Below are positions 18,580 to 27,499 of a stretch of 31,479 nt of DNA, one piece after another. The position numbers and the translations under genes were made by a program. The notes beneath the pieces are model-generated. The model did not search any database. It saw only the letters and a program-made list of their open reading frames with translations, and was not told where the DNA came from. Source of the DNA: Candidatus Limnocylindrales bacterium (GTDB taxonomy: Bacteria; Moduliflexota; Moduliflexia; Moduliflexales; JAUQPW01). Position 1 is the stretch's first letter, and every line of letters starts with the position of its first letter. The DNA is taken from the NCBI GenBank assembly GCA_035559535.1, contig DATMBG010000007.1:62001-93479 (forward strand), given 5' to 3'.

Positions 18580-18710
18580 AAACCGTCTGGACACCAAGAA
18601 CGTCAAACAGTAAGCACTACCGTCAGATGGTTGCTTGAACTCTTTTTCTCCCCAGGTCTCTGGATCTGTTCCAGCCTTTGCCCCTGGCGTCCTTGGTGTC
18701 CAGACAGTTT
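18580..18710 (-). repeat. 26-bp inverted repeat, infA/rpmJ
   Basis: AAACCGTCTGGACACCAAGAACGTCA (18580-18605) / TGGCGTCCTTGGTGTCCAGACAGTTT (18685-18710). Confidence 0.9.
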
Positions 18711-18712
18711 AC

Positions 18713-18931
18713 CTATTTATGTCGATAAATAATTCGTCCCCGGGTTAAATCATAGGGAGAAAGTTCAACGGTCACTTTATCTCCAGGTAATATTCGAATA
18801 AAGTGTTTACGCATTTTACCCGAAATATGGGCTAAAACTTTATGTCCGTTATCCAGTTCAACCCGGAACATAGCGTTGGGGAGCGGTTCTACCACCGTCC
18901 CTTCCACCTGTATGGCTTCTTCTTTTGGCAT
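18713..18931 (-). CDS. infA: Translation initiation factor IF-1
   Basis: [27 protein letters not shown]. Confidence 0.99.
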   Translation of the reverse strand: MPKEEAIQVEGTVVEPLPNAMFRVELDNGHKVLAHISGKMRKHFIRILPGDKVTVELSPYDLTRGRIIYRHK

Positions 18932-19016
18932 AAATTTGTTTGCTTATCAAATCCTTTAAATAATATAAGATAGATCGAGATAACTACTGAATAGGGTGAT
19001 ATAGCAATATAATTTT

Positions 19017-19769
19017 TTAATCCAGATTCGTCAATATTTCAGGCCCATTTTCTGTAATCGCAATGGAATGTTCAAAGTGGGCGGATAAACTTCTATCTTG
19101 CGTGACAGCCGTCCATTTATCTTCTAATATTTCAACTTCTGGACCTCCCATGTTTACCATGGGCTCTATGGCCAATACCATCCCGACTCTCAGCCGTTCT
19201 CCTTTACCCGGTGTACCAAAATTAGGGACTTGAGGGTCTTCATGGAGTTTTCTACCTATTCCATGTCCTACAAAATCCCTTACCACCGAGAAGGAGTTCT
19301 TTTCGACGTGGGATTGAACGGCATAAGAAATATCTCCTAACCGATTCCCGGGGTAAGCCTGTTCAATCCCTTTGTAGAGGGCTTCCTGGGTGACTTGAAG
19401 AAGTCTCTCAGCCTCTGGAGAGATTCTTCCAACTGGAACTGTCAGAGCAGCATCTCCATAGTAATTATCAACAACCACGCCTACATCGAGACCTATAATA
19501 TCTCCCGATTTAAGTTTTCGAGAGGAAGGAATTCCATGGACCACCTGTTCATTAACCGACGTACAGATATAAGCTGGATAGTTTCGATACCCCTTAAAAG
19601 CCGATTTAGCCTTTCTTTTCTTCAGCCAGTCTTGGGCAAAGGCATCTAACTCCGCGGTCGTTATTCCCGGGGCAACTAATTTTATTAACTCTTTTAATAA
19701 TTCAGCAACAAGTCGGCAACTTACCTTAATTTTATTTATCTCTTCACGAGATTTTAAAATAACTCCCAT
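19017..19769 (-). CDS. map: Type I methionine aminopeptidase
   Basis: CTSVNEQVVHGIP, GHGIG, AIEPM, SAHFEHS. Confidence 0.98.
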   Translation of the reverse strand: MGVILKSREEINKIKVSCRLVAELLKELIKLVAPGITTAELDAFAQDWLKKRKAKSAFKGYRNYPAYICTSVNEQVVHGIPSSRKLKSGDIIGLDVGVVVDNYYGDAALTVPVGRISPEAERLLQVTQEALYKGIEQAYPGNRLGDISYAVQSHVEKNSFSVVRDFVGHGIGRKLHEDPQVPNFGTPGKGERLRVGMVLAIEPMVNMGGPEVEILEDKWTAVTQDRSLSAHFEHSIAITENGPEILTNLD

Positions 19770-19776
19770 TTTTCAA

Positions 19777-20442
19777 CTACCCTTCCTTTTTTATTTTTGA
19801 AAATATGGCATCCTGGATACTTTTGAAAACATCTTCTATGGTCCGTGCCCCTCCGTCTATGGAGATCAAGGCGCTTTTTTCCCAGTAATATTCTATCAAA
19901 GGTTTAGTCCGGGCGCGATAGACCTCCAACCGTTTCCTTACCGTTTCTTCCTTATCGTCCTCTCGCTGGTATAAAGGGCCTCCACACTTATCACAAACTC
20001 CTTCTTGTAGGGGAGGGTTAAAAATTACGTGAAAGGTTTCTCCACAATTCCGACATACCCTTCTGCCGGAGACTCTTTTGATAAGTTCTTCTTCCTGGAG
20101 ATAAATATTAATCACGGCATCTAGATAGAGACCTCTCTGCCTGAGAATCTCATCCAGAGCCACAGCTTGCCAGATAGTCCTCGGAAACCCATCCATCAGC
20201 CATCCTTTCTGGCAATCCACCTCTTGAAGCCGATCTTTAATGATACCGATCATAATTTCATCTGGAACCAGTTCTCCCTTTTCCAAATAAATTTGGGCTT
20301 TTTTTCCAAGAGGAGTCCCTTCTTTGACGGCTTGTCTTAAAATATCTCCGGTAGAGATTTGAGGTATGTTATAGGTTTTGGAAAATAATTTGGCCTGTGT
20401 CCCTTTACCGGCTCCCGGGGGGCCCATGAAAATTAGGTTCAT
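19777..20442 (-). CDS. adk: Adenylate kinase with Zn-binding LID
   Basis: GPPGAGKGTQA, STGDILR, DGFPRT, CRNC/CDKC. Confidence 0.99.
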   Translation of the reverse strand: MNLIFMGPPGAGKGTQAKLFSKTYNIPQISTGDILRQAVKEGTPLGKKAQIYLEKGELVPDEIMIGIIKDRLQEVDCQKGWLMDGFPRTIWQAVALDEILRQRGLYLDAVINIYLQEEELIKRVSGRRVCRNCGETFHVIFNPPLQEGVCDKCGGPLYQREDDKEETVRKRLEVYRARTKPLIEYYWEKSALISIDGGARTIEDVFKSIQDAIFSKIKKEG

Positions 20443-20449
20443 TTAACGG

Positions 20450-20539
20450 CCGCCCGCTGCCTATTGTTTAGTAAAGACGTTACCTATGACTTCTCTACAG
20501 ACAACGGACAACGGACAACAGACAATGGACCACGGATAG
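20450..20539 (-). repeat. Heptamer tandem array and G-U-rich complementary arm, secY/adk
   Basis: CAGACAA CGGACAA CGGACAA CAGACAA TGGACCA CGGATAG (20498-20539) versus CCGCCCG CTGCCTA TTGTTTA (20450-20470). Confidence 0.85.
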
Positions 20540-20544
20540 TCCTC

Positions 20545-21852
20545 CTACCTTCTTCCTCGAAGCCTTCCTTTTTTCATAAAACCTTCATAATGCCGAGTCA
20601 AGAGATGGGACTCGATTTGCTGTACGGTATCCAGGGCAACACCTACAACGATTAAAAGGGCCGTACCTCCAAAGAAGAAAGGAACATTCATGGTTGTTAT
20701 CAGAAGTTCAGGAAGTATGGCAATCAAGGCCAGGAAGATAGCTCCGGCTAAAGTAATTCGCGTAAGTACCGAATCAATATACAGGGCGGTTTTCTTTCCA
20801 GGTCGCACGCCTGGAATAAAACCTCCATACTTTTTCATATTATCTGCCAGATCGGTTGGATTAAAAATGATGGCCGTATAGAAGTAGCAGAAGAAAATGA
20901 TAAAGGCTGCATATAGAACGGTGTGGAGCATATGACCGGGAGATAGATTCTCTGCGATGGCCTGGGTCCAGGGATGTTTAATAAATCGAGCTATCGTTGC
21001 CGGAAATACAATGATGGACGAAGCAAAGATAACGGGAATAACGCCCGGGGTATTTACACGGAGAGGAATATGGGTATTCTGACCCCCGTAGATTTTTCTC
21101 CCAACGACGCGTTTGGCATATTGAACAGGTATTTTTCTTACCGCTTGTTGCATCACGACCACGGCTGCTACCACAAAAATGATAAGTACTAAAATTCCCA
21201 GGATAGAAAAAATTTTCATCTCTCCGATCTGGATCCGCTCGATCGTTAAGAATATTGCGGAAGGAAGTCTATCGACGATACCTGCAAAAATGATGAGCGA
21301 AATGCCATTTCCAATTCCCCGTTCCGTGATTTGTTCCCCAAGCCACATAAGGAATGCCGTACCGGCTGTGAGTGTAAGAACCGTTACGAACCGGAAGCTC
21401 CAACCAGGATAAGGAACCACAGGAGCTCCACCCTGGCTATGCATTCCTTCTAAACCAAAGCTGATTCCTAGGGCCTGGATAGCACTTAGAACCACCGTTC
21501 CATATCGGGTATACTGGGTGATCTTTTTCCTTCCCTGTTCACCTTCCTTAGCCAGCCTTTCCAAATAGGGTACAACTACCGTTAAAAGCTGAAGAATAAT
21601 AGAAGCACTGATATACGGCATAATCCCTAAAGCAAAGATTGTTAGCCTTCCCAGTGCTCCTCCCGAGAACATATCTACAAATCCTAAGATTGTATCTTTT
21701 TGCCTGGCAAAGAATTCACTTAAAGCCACCCCATCGATGCCCGGAGTTGGAATATGGGAGCCAATTCGATAAACGACCAAAAGAGCTAACGTAATTAAAA
21801 TCCTTCGCTTTAGCTCAGGTACTTTAAATATGTTTTGGACTACCTGTAACAA
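20545..21852 (-). CDS. secY: Preprotein translocase subunit SecY
   Basis: IFALGIMPYISASII, WLGEQITERGIGNGISLII, GFIPGVRPG, FGGTALLIVVGV; TTG 21852 with SD GAGGG. Confidence 0.99.
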   Translation of the reverse strand: MLQVVQNIFKVPELKRRILITLALLVVYRIGSHIPTPGIDGVALSEFFARQKDTILGFVDMFSGGALGRLTIFALGIMPYISASIILQLLTVVVPYLERLAKEGEQGRKKITQYTRYGTVVLSAIQALGISFGLEGMHSQGGAPVVPYPGWSFRFVTVLTLTAGTAFLMWLGEQITERGIGNGISLIIFAGIVDRLPSAIFLTIERIQIGEMKIFSILGILVLIIFVVAAVVVMQQAVRKIPVQYAKRVVGRKIYGGQNTHIPLRVNTPGVIPVIFASSIIVFPATIARFIKHPWTQAIAENLSPGHMLHTVLYAAFIIFFCYFYTAIIFNPTDLADNMKKYGGFIPGVRPGKKTALYIDSVLTRITLAGAIFLALIAILPELLITTMNVPFFFGGTALLIVVGVALDTVQQIESHLLTRHYEGFMKKGRLRGRR

Positions 21853-21873
21853 GGGGTATACCCTCTCTGTTGA

Positions 21874-21926
21874 ACAATGAACAACAACAATAAACAATTA
21901 ATTGTTTATTGTTAATTGTCCCTTGT
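21874..21926 (-). repeat. Heptamer (AACAAT-type) hairpin with a perfect 28-bp palindromic core over the rplO stop
   Basis: AACAATAAACAATT|AATTGTTTATTGTT at 21886-21913, with imperfect extension. Confidence 0.85.
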
Positions 21927-22374
21927 GATTGGTTAATTGAACTGCTTCTCCACCGGCTGTTTTAATTTTTTCTAAAGCAGACTTACTAAAAGCATGGGCC
22001 TGGATCGTCAACCGTTTGGTGAGATCCCCATCCCCGAGAATTTTAATCTCGTATTTATCATTTTTTATAAGACCGCGCTGGATTAACAGGTCTGGTGTGA
22101 TCACACTCCCTTCCTCAAAGACTTCATTTAAGCGACCGATGTTAATAATGCTATATACTTTCTTAAATATGTTGGTAAATCCCCGTTTAGGAATACGACG
22201 TTGCAGGGGCATTTGTCCGCCTTCAAATTGAGGTTTAAGTCTGCTACCTGAACGGGCTTTCTGTCCTTTATGTCCTCTGCCGGAAGTCTTGCCGTGTCCC
22301 GAGCCGGGGCCACGGCCTACCCGTTTTTTCTTTTTTCTAGAGCCCTTCGCGGGCTTTAACTCGTGTAACTTCAT
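21898..22374 (-). CDS. rplO: 50S ribosomal protein L15
   Basis: [37 protein letters not shown]. Confidence 0.98.
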   Translation of the reverse strand: MKLHELKPAKGSRKKKKRVGRGPGSGHGKTSGRGHKGQKARSGSRLKPQFEGGQMPLQRRIPKRGFTNIFKKVYSIINIGRLNEVFEEGSVITPDLLIQRGLIKNDKYEIKILGDGDLTKRLTIQAHAFSKSALEKIKTAGGEAVQLTNHKGQLTINN

Positions 22375-22378
22375 GTAT

Positions 22379-22452
22379 TGAAAGAAAGGGTGAAGGGTAA
22401 AGGATGAAAAGCAACGTTTATTCATCCTTTAGCCTTCCGCCTTTAGCCTTCA
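22379..22452 (-). repeat. Heptamer hairpin, rpmD/rplO
   Basis: Minus strand GAAGGCT AAAGGCG GAAGGCT AAAGGAT GAA / TTCATCC TTTACCC TTCACCC TTTC. Confidence 0.85.
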
Positions 22453-22649
22453 GTGTCTGGAACCTCTTCAACTTTTAAAATTTTTATAAGATACATCACC
22501 TGTCTCAGCATCCCTCGGATTTCGGGAGTATCTTTGCGAACTACCACTTTATTGGTTTTCGTTAAGCCCAGGCCCCGAAGAGTTTCCCGATGTTTCCTGA
22601 TGGTGCCAATAGGGCTTTTAGCAAGTTTGATGGTAATCAGTCGTGCCAT
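22443..22649 (-). CDS. rpmD: 50S ribosomal protein L30
   Basis: IKLAKSPIG, TLRGLGL, DTPEIRGM; position after rpsE. Confidence 0.96.
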   Translation of the reverse strand: MARLITIKLAKSPIGTIRKHRETLRGLGLTKTNKVVVRKDTPEIRGMLRQVMYLIKILKVEEVPDTEG

Positions 22650-22651
22650 AA

Positions 22652-23170
22652 TTACGCCTCTACTTCTTTTTCTTCTCCTTGTTGAACAGGTTTAGTAGAT
22701 CTATATTCAGCCACCAACAAAGGATCTTTTAAGCTCTCCAAGGCTTTTATAGTGGCTTTCACAACATTATGAGGATTGGTAGAACCGATGGCCTTAGTCA
22801 AAATATCCTGGATACCGGCAGATTCTACCACAGCCCGAACAGCACCCCCTGCGATGACCCCGGTTCCTCGAGAAGCAGGTTTTAAAAATACCTGACTGGC
22901 TCCATATTTTCCGAGAACCTGATGAGGAATTGTCGCCCCTTTCAGGGGAATCTTTATCAGGTTTTTCTTGGCATTTTCTATACCCTTCCGGATTGCTTCG
23001 GGGACTTCATTGGCTTTTCCCAAACCATATCCCACATAACCATTACGGTTCCCTACTACTACCAAGGCGCTGAAGCTAAATCGCCTTCCCCCTTTTACCA
23101 CTTTCGCAACCCGACTGATATGAACCACCCTATCGGTTAACTCTAATTCTTTTACATCGATCCGCGCCAC
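22652..23170 (-). CDS. rpsE: 30S ribosomal protein S5
   Basis: [29 protein letters not shown]. Confidence 0.99.
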   Translation of the reverse strand: MARIDVKELELTDRVVHISRVAKVVKGGRRFSFSALVVVGNRNGYVGYGLGKANEVPEAIRKGIENAKKNLIKIPLKGATIPHQVLGKYGASQVFLKPASRGTGVIAGGAVRAVVESAGIQDILTKAIGSTNPHNVVKATIKALESLKDPLLVAEYRSTKPVQQGEEKEVEA

Positions 23171-23190
23171 CTACATCTCCTTTCCCTACC

Positions 23191-23227
23191 CATGGAGTCC
23201 GAGAATTCTAAGAATTCTCGGGCCATG
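23191..23227 (-). repeat. Hairpin, rplR/rpsE
   Basis: CATGG..CCGAGAATTCT a AGAATTCTCGG.CCATG. Confidence 0.8.
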
Positions 23228-23233
23228 CAGGAA

Positions 23234-23599
23234 TTAAAACTGTAAACCACCTTCACGGGCTGCGGTAGCCAGTGCTTTAACCCGGCCATGAAATTTATAA
23301 CCGCCTCTATCAAAGACAACGGCTTTGATATTTTTTTCTAAAGCTTTTTGAGCCAGTATCCGGCCCAAAACCTTAGCAGCTTCAATATTACCGCCATTTT
23401 TAACACTTTCTTTAATTTCAGAACTTAAGGTCGAAAGACCCAGTAACGTATGACCCTTTTCATCATCGATAATTTGAGCATACATATTCCGAGCACTTCT
23501 AAAAACACTCAACCTGGGACGCTCTGAAGTTCCTTTTACTTTTTTTCTAACCCGCTTATGCCGTTTTTTTCTATGTTCCTCTTTAGTCAACTGTGGCAT
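23234..23599 (-). CDS. rplR: 50S ribosomal protein L18
   Basis: [30 protein letters not shown]. Confidence 0.98.
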   Translation of the reverse strand: MPQLTKEEHRKKRHKRVRKKVKGTSERPRLSVFRSARNMYAQIIDDEKGHTLLGLSTLSSEIKESVKNGGNIEAAKVLGRILAQKALEKNIKAVVFDRGGYKFHGRVKALATAAREGGLQF

Positions 23600-23676
23600 G
23601 GTAAGTAAGAATAAGTCATAAGTAGCAAATAGCAAGGTAAAGAAAATGATTCACGACTTACTATTTACCACTTACC
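23600..23676 (-). repeat. Heptamer hairpin, rplF/rplR
   Basis: Minus strand GGTAAGT GGTAAAT AGTAAGT / CTTGCTA TTTGCTA CTTA...ACTTACC directly before the ATG. Confidence 0.8.
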
Positions 23677-23681
23677 GTTTT

Positions 23682-24218
23682 TTAAGCACCGGCTTTTCCA
23701 ACCTTACGGCGAATACGTTCACCTTCGTATCGAATTCCTTTACCTTTATAAGGTTCCGGTTTCTTAATATTCCGAATTTCTGCGGCTACCTGACCAACCT
23801 GTTGTTTATCAGCGCCTTTCACCAGTATCTTCGTATTATCTCGGACCTCAATGGTAACTCCATCTGGAATAGGGTAATTGACAGGATGGGAATACCCTAC
23901 ATTTAAAGTAAGTACTCTTCCTTCAACCTTTGCACGATAACCGATTCCCTCAATTTCTAACCCCTTACTAAATCCCTGGGTAACCCCGGTAACCATGTTG
24001 GCTATTAAGGTTCTGGATAATCCATGAAGAGAACGATAGCGTTTCTCATCAGATTCCCTTGTAACCAGGAGTTGCCCATTCTGATGGACTACCTTGATAC
24101 CGTTGGGGATTCGATATTCCAATTTACCCAGAGGTCCTTCTACCCTACAGAGGGAATCCTCTACTGTAACCTTAACATTTTTAGGCAACTCAATAGGCTT
24201 TTTACCGACTCTGGACAT
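23682..24218 (-). CDS. rplF: 50S ribosomal protein L6
   Basis: MSRVGKKPI, PEPYKGKGIRY. Confidence 0.99.
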   Translation of the reverse strand: MSRVGKKPIELPKNVKVTVEDSLCRVEGPLGKLEYRIPNGIKVVHQNGQLLVTRESDEKRYRSLHGLSRTLIANMVTGVTQGFSKGLEIEGIGYRAKVEGRVLTLNVGYSHPVNYPIPDGVTIEVRDNTKILVKGADKQQVGQVAAEIRNIKKPEPYKGKGIRYEGERIRRKVGKAGA

Positions 24219-24229
24219 GATTAACAATC

Positions 24230-24274
24230 AACCACAAGCCGTAAACTATTCAGCCTGGTTTATGGCTTGTGGTT
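24230..24274. repeat. Heptamer hairpin, rpsH/rplF
   Basis: AACCACAAGCCGTAAACT / GGTTTATGGCTTGTGGTT. Confidence 0.85.
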
Positions 24275-24297
24275 AATAATTCCCTGTTCGGTGAAGG

Positions 24298-24684
24298 CTA
24301 CCATACGTAGCATAGCACCTCGCCGCCAACTCCCATTAAGCGGGATTCTTTATCTGTCAAAATACCTTTAGAAGTAGAAAGGATGGCGATCCCTAACCCT
24401 CCCAGCACTCGAGGAATGGCATCTTTTCGTTTATAAACCCTGCACCCTGGTTTACTTACCCGTTGTAGATTTGTGATAACCCTTTTCCCCTCGGGAGTGT
24501 ATTTTAGATAAATTCGTAGAGCATTTCCAACCATTTTATATCCACGAATGAATCCTTCTCTCTTAAGCAATCTGGCTATTTCACCTTTTAATTTAGATGA
24601 GGGCACATCGGTATAAGGTTTATAGACCAGATTGGCGTTTCGGATTCGCGTTAACATATCGGCAATAGGATCTGTAGTGGCCAT
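24298..24684 (-). CDS. rpsH: 30S ribosomal protein S8
   Basis: [31 protein letters not shown]. Confidence 0.99.
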   Translation of the reverse strand: MATTDPIADMLTRIRNANLVYKPYTDVPSSKLKGEIARLLKREGFIRGYKMVGNALRIYLKYTPEGKRVITNLQRVSKPGCRVYKRKDAIPRVLGGLGIAILSTSKGILTDKESRLMGVGGEVLCYVW

Positions 24685-24696
24685 CTTAACCCATCG

Positions 24697-24754
24697 AGAA
24701 GCCAGAGGCAAGAAGCAACAGGGTTCCCTTTCTTACCTCTTGCCTTTTGCTTCT
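24697..24754 (-). repeat. Heptamer hairpin, rpsN/rpsH
   Basis: AGAAGCC AGAGGCA AGAAGCA A / TTACCTC TTGCCTT TTGCTTC T. Confidence 0.85.
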
Positions 24755-24938
24755 ACCAGCTCGCTTTGATAACCCCAGGTATCTCTCCCTTTGAGGCCAG
24801 GGTTCTGAAACAAATACGACACATTTTAAACTTTCGGATATAACCCCGAGGTCTGCCGCATATCAGGCAGCGATTCCTCTGTCTTGAACTAAATTTTGGT
24901 TTCTTTTTGGCTTTTGCAATAGATGCTGTTCTTGCCAC
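24753..24938 (-). CDS. rpsN: 30S ribosomal protein S14, Zn-binding type Z
   Basis: [10 protein letters not shown]...MCRICFR...[11 protein letters not shown]. Confidence 0.99.
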   Translation of the reverse strand: MARTASIAKAKKKPKFSSRQRNRCLICGRPRGYIRKFKMCRICFRTLASKGEIPGVIKASW

Positions 24939-24961
24939 AGTATTTTCCCTAAATCTTAGGA

Positions 24962-25021
24962 GCTAAGGGGCCTAAAGGGTCTAAAGTTAAAGGAAACTTT
25001 AGACCCCTTAGATCTCTTAGC
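24962..25021 (-). repeat. Nonamer hairpin, rplE/rpsN
   Basis: CTAAGGGGC CTAAAGGGT CTAAAGTT / AACTTTAG ACCCCTTAG ATCTCTTAG. Confidence 0.88.
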
Positions 25022-25043
25022 CTGTTAGACACCTCTTATTTAT

Positions 25044-25586
25044 TTATTGCCTGAAGGGCATACCCAGCTCTGCGAGAAGAGCTTTTCCCTCTTCATCGGT
25101 TTTAGCCGTCGTAACAATGGCTACATTAAGTCCCCTGATTTTATCCACTTTATCGTAATTTATTTCAGGAAATATAATTTGTTCCCGAAGACCCAAGGTG
25201 TAATTTCCTCTTCCATCGAAGGATTTGGGAGAAACTCCTTTGAAATCTCTAACCCGGGGAAGAGCTACATTCACCAATCTATCCAGAAACTCATACATAC
25301 GCTGCTTGCGTAAGGTTACCATACATCCGATGGGCATACCGGCCCTTAGCTTAAAACTGGCTATGGACTTTTTAGCCCGTCTTATGACCGGTTTCTGACC
25401 GGTAATAGCCGCTAACTCCTCTGCCGCAGCATCCAGAACTTTAATATCTGAAACCGCTTCTCCCAACCCCATGTTTACCACAATTTTTTCTAATCTGGGT
25501 ACCTGCATCACGTTTTTATATCCAAATTGCTTCATCAAATTTGGAATTACAACTTCCCGATATTTTCTTTCCAATCGTGATTTCAT
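25044..25586 (-). CDS. rplE: 50S ribosomal protein L5
   Basis: [33 protein letters not shown]. Confidence 0.99.
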   Translation of the reverse strand: MKSRLERKYREVVIPNLMKQFGYKNVMQVPRLEKIVVNMGLGEAVSDIKVLDAAAEELAAITGQKPVIRRAKKSIASFKLRAGMPIGCMVTLRKQRMYEFLDRLVNVALPRVRDFKGVSPKSFDGRGNYTLGLREQIIFPEINYDKVDKIRGLNVAIVTTAKTDEEGKALLAELGMPFRQ

Positions 25587-25597
25587 GAAAGTCAATG

Positions 25598-25648
25598 GTA
25601 GGGCGAGACGTTATTCCCCTTTCGGGGTAAAGCACCCTTCTGCCCTAC
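25598..25648 (-). repeat. GTAG-type hairpin with tetraloop, rplX/rplE
   Basis: GTAGGGC...GCCCTAC enclosing CCCC-GAAA-GGGG on the minus strand. Confidence 0.7.
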
Positions 25649-25974
25649 TTATCAATAATCTCTCCACACTTCTTGCATGTTCTGACATTACGGCCGTCTT
25701 CTAATCGGGTTTTCCCAATACGGGTAGGTTTTTTACAATTTGGGCAATTGAGCATTACATTGGAGACGTGAATACCTCCTTCCATCTCCACAATACCACC
25801 CCCTTGCCCCTGTGCTCTTTTTTTAAGGTGCTTTTTAATCAGGTTAACTTTTTCCACAATCACTTTTCCTTTTTTAGGGATCGTTCTTAAAATCTTACCC
25901 GTTTTACCTTTTTCTTTTCCGGCAATAACAGTAACCGTATCTCCTTTTCTGACATGAAATTTGATCCTAGGCAT
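25645..25974 (-). CDS. rplX: 50S ribosomal protein L24
   Basis: KOW motif [25 protein letters not shown]; start is ATG 25974 or GTG 25980. Confidence 0.98.
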   Translation of the reverse strand: MPRIKFHVRKGDTVTVIAGKEKGKTGKILRTIPKKGKVIVEKVNLIKKHLKKRAQGQGGGIVEMEGGIHVSNVMLNCPNCKKPTRIGKTRLEDGRNVRTCKKCGEIIDK

Positions 25975-25982
25975 AACCACCT

Positions 25983-26055
25983 GTATGGGTGTATAGGGTG
26001 TGGGTCTGTGGAAAGTAAGGTATAGATAGTTTTTCTCACGCCCATACGCCCATAC
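25983..26055. repeat. Octamer hairpin, rplN/rplX
   Basis: GTATGGGT GTATAGGG TGTGGG / CTCACG CCCATACG CCCATAC. Confidence 0.85.
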
Positions 26056-26062
26056 TTCTCTT

Positions 26063-26431
26063 TTAAATGACTTCCGGAGCCAGGGACAATATTTTGGTAA
26101 ATTCTTTATCCCGGAGTTCTCGGGCTACCGGACCAAAGATTCTGGTTCCCATGGGTTCATTTTGGGGGGTTAAGAGTACTGCCGCATTTTTATCAAACTT
26201 AATATAAGATCCATCTTTCCTTCTCATTTCTTTAGCTACCCGGACAACGACCGCCTTCACCACGTCACCTTTTTTTACAGAACCCCCTGGAGAAGCCTCT
26301 TTAACAGCGGCCATAATCACATCTCCGACATATCCATATTTCTTATTTGAACTTTCCATAATCCGAATGCACATAATCTCTTTGGCTCCGGAATTATCTG
26401 CAACTTCAAGTCTTGTCTGTGGTTGTATCAT
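26063..26431 (-). CDS. rplN: 50S ribosomal protein L14
   Basis: [37 protein letters not shown]. Confidence 0.99.
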   Translation of the reverse strand: MIQPQTRLEVADNSGAKEIMCIRIMESSNKKYGYVGDVIMAAVKEASPGGSVKKGDVVKAVVVRVAKEMRRKDGSYIKFDKNAAVLLTPQNEPMGTRIFGPVARELRDKEFTKILSLAPEVI

Positions 26432-26711
26432 CTCCTTCACCCTCCTGTTCCGTTAATTGAGCTTTCTTTAGAATTTTAACTACGCGCCACCGTTTCTCTT
26501 TACTGAGTGGCCTCGTCTCCCATATCTCAACAATATCTCCTATGGAGCATTTATTCTCCTCATCATGGGCTTTAAACTTTTTCGATCTTTTGATCGTTTT
26601 ATTATATCTGGGGTGTTGAATAAATCTAGTCACCTCAACGACCACCGTCTTCATCATTTTATTACTGACCACAACTCCCTGTCTTACCTTCCTTCTCCCT
26701 GGTTTTTCCAT
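26406..26711 (-). CDS. rpsQ: 30S ribosomal protein S17
   Basis: [30 protein letters not shown]. Confidence 0.98.
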   Translation of the reverse strand: MEKPGRRKVRQGVVVSNKMMKTVVVEVTRFIQHPRYNKTIKRSKKFKAHDEENKCSIGDIVEIWETRPLSKEKRWRVVKILKKAQLTEQEGEGDDTTTDKT

Positions 26712-26729
26712 CTTTGGAAGAGCTTAGCA

Positions 26730-26806
26730 TACTTAAAGTGAGCTAAAAGGTTTTTTTACTTTAGTTCACTTTAAGCAGTTTCGACCCTTAAAAACTTCAG
26801 GCACTT
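26730..26806 (-). repeat. Nonamer-type hairpin, rpmC/rpsQ
   Basis: TACTTAAAGTGAGCTAAAA (26730-26748) / CTTTAGTTCACTTTAAGCA (26759-26777), plus an extra ACTTCAGGCAC unit. Confidence 0.85.
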
Positions 26807-26816
26807 AAAAGACCCT

Positions 26817-27035
26817 TTAGGCCTTTCCCCTGGTCTCTTTCTCCGCCGCCAGCTCCCTTTCCCGAATAATGGTCAACACTCTTGCAAGATCCCGTCGAAC
26901 GTTTCTGATAATTTGTGGATTTTCAGCCTGATTGGTTGCAATCTGAAATCTCAAATTAAAGAGTTCTTCTCGTAAGTCCCTTTCCCGTTCTTTTAGTTCT
27001 TCGTCCGTTAATTCTCTCAGTTCTCGCGCTTTCAC
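26817..27035 (-). CDS. rpmC: 50S ribosomal protein L29
   Basis: [25 protein letters not shown]. Confidence 0.98.
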   Translation of the reverse strand: MKARELRELTDEELKERERDLREELFNLRFQIATNQAENPQIIRNVRRDLARVLTIIRERELAAEKETRGKA

Positions 27036-27049
27036 CGCTTACTCCTTTC

Positions 27050-27454
27050 TTACCGTACCACAAATTTGGTTTTAATAGGAAGCTTGTGGGCAGCTAGGCG
27101 TAGAGCATCTCTGGCGAGTTCTTCAGGAATGCCATCCATCTCATAAATGATACGACCAGGCTTAACCACAGCTACCCAATGATCCAGAGCTCCTTTTCCT
27201 TTACCCATTCGAGTTTCCGTAGGCTTCGAGGTGACAGGTTTATCTGGAAAAATACGTATCCACATTCTTCCACTTCTTTTTACTTTTCGTGTGATAGCAA
27301 TACGGGCTGCTTCGATCTGGCGATCTGTAATATAACCGGGTTCTAAAGCCTGCAGACCAAATTGACCAAAATTAAGCGTAGAACCTCGATAAGCTTTACC
27401 CTTCATCCTTCCCCGTTGTTGCTTTCGATATTTTACCTTTTTAGGCATTAACAT
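27050..27454 (-). CDS. rplP: 50S ribosomal protein L16
   Basis: [24 protein letters not shown]. Confidence 0.99.
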   Translation of the reverse strand: MLMPKKVKYRKQQRGRMKGKAYRGSTLNFGQFGLQALEPGYITDRQIEAARIAITRKVKRSGRMWIRIFPDKPVTSKPTETRMGKGKGALDHWVAVVKPGRIIYEMDGIPEELARDALRLAAHKLPIKTKFVVR

Positions 27455-27499
27455 AGCTAAGACTCCTTTGAAGTTTTCAGGTTAAGCTATTTACCAACC

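Noticed and set aside
18932-19016. map/infA spacer as another repeat hairpin or a promoter
   Set aside because: The ends can pair weakly (TTGCTATATCA/TGATAAGCAA), but the spacer is very AT-rich with no repeat unit and no convincing -35/-10 pair; not counted.
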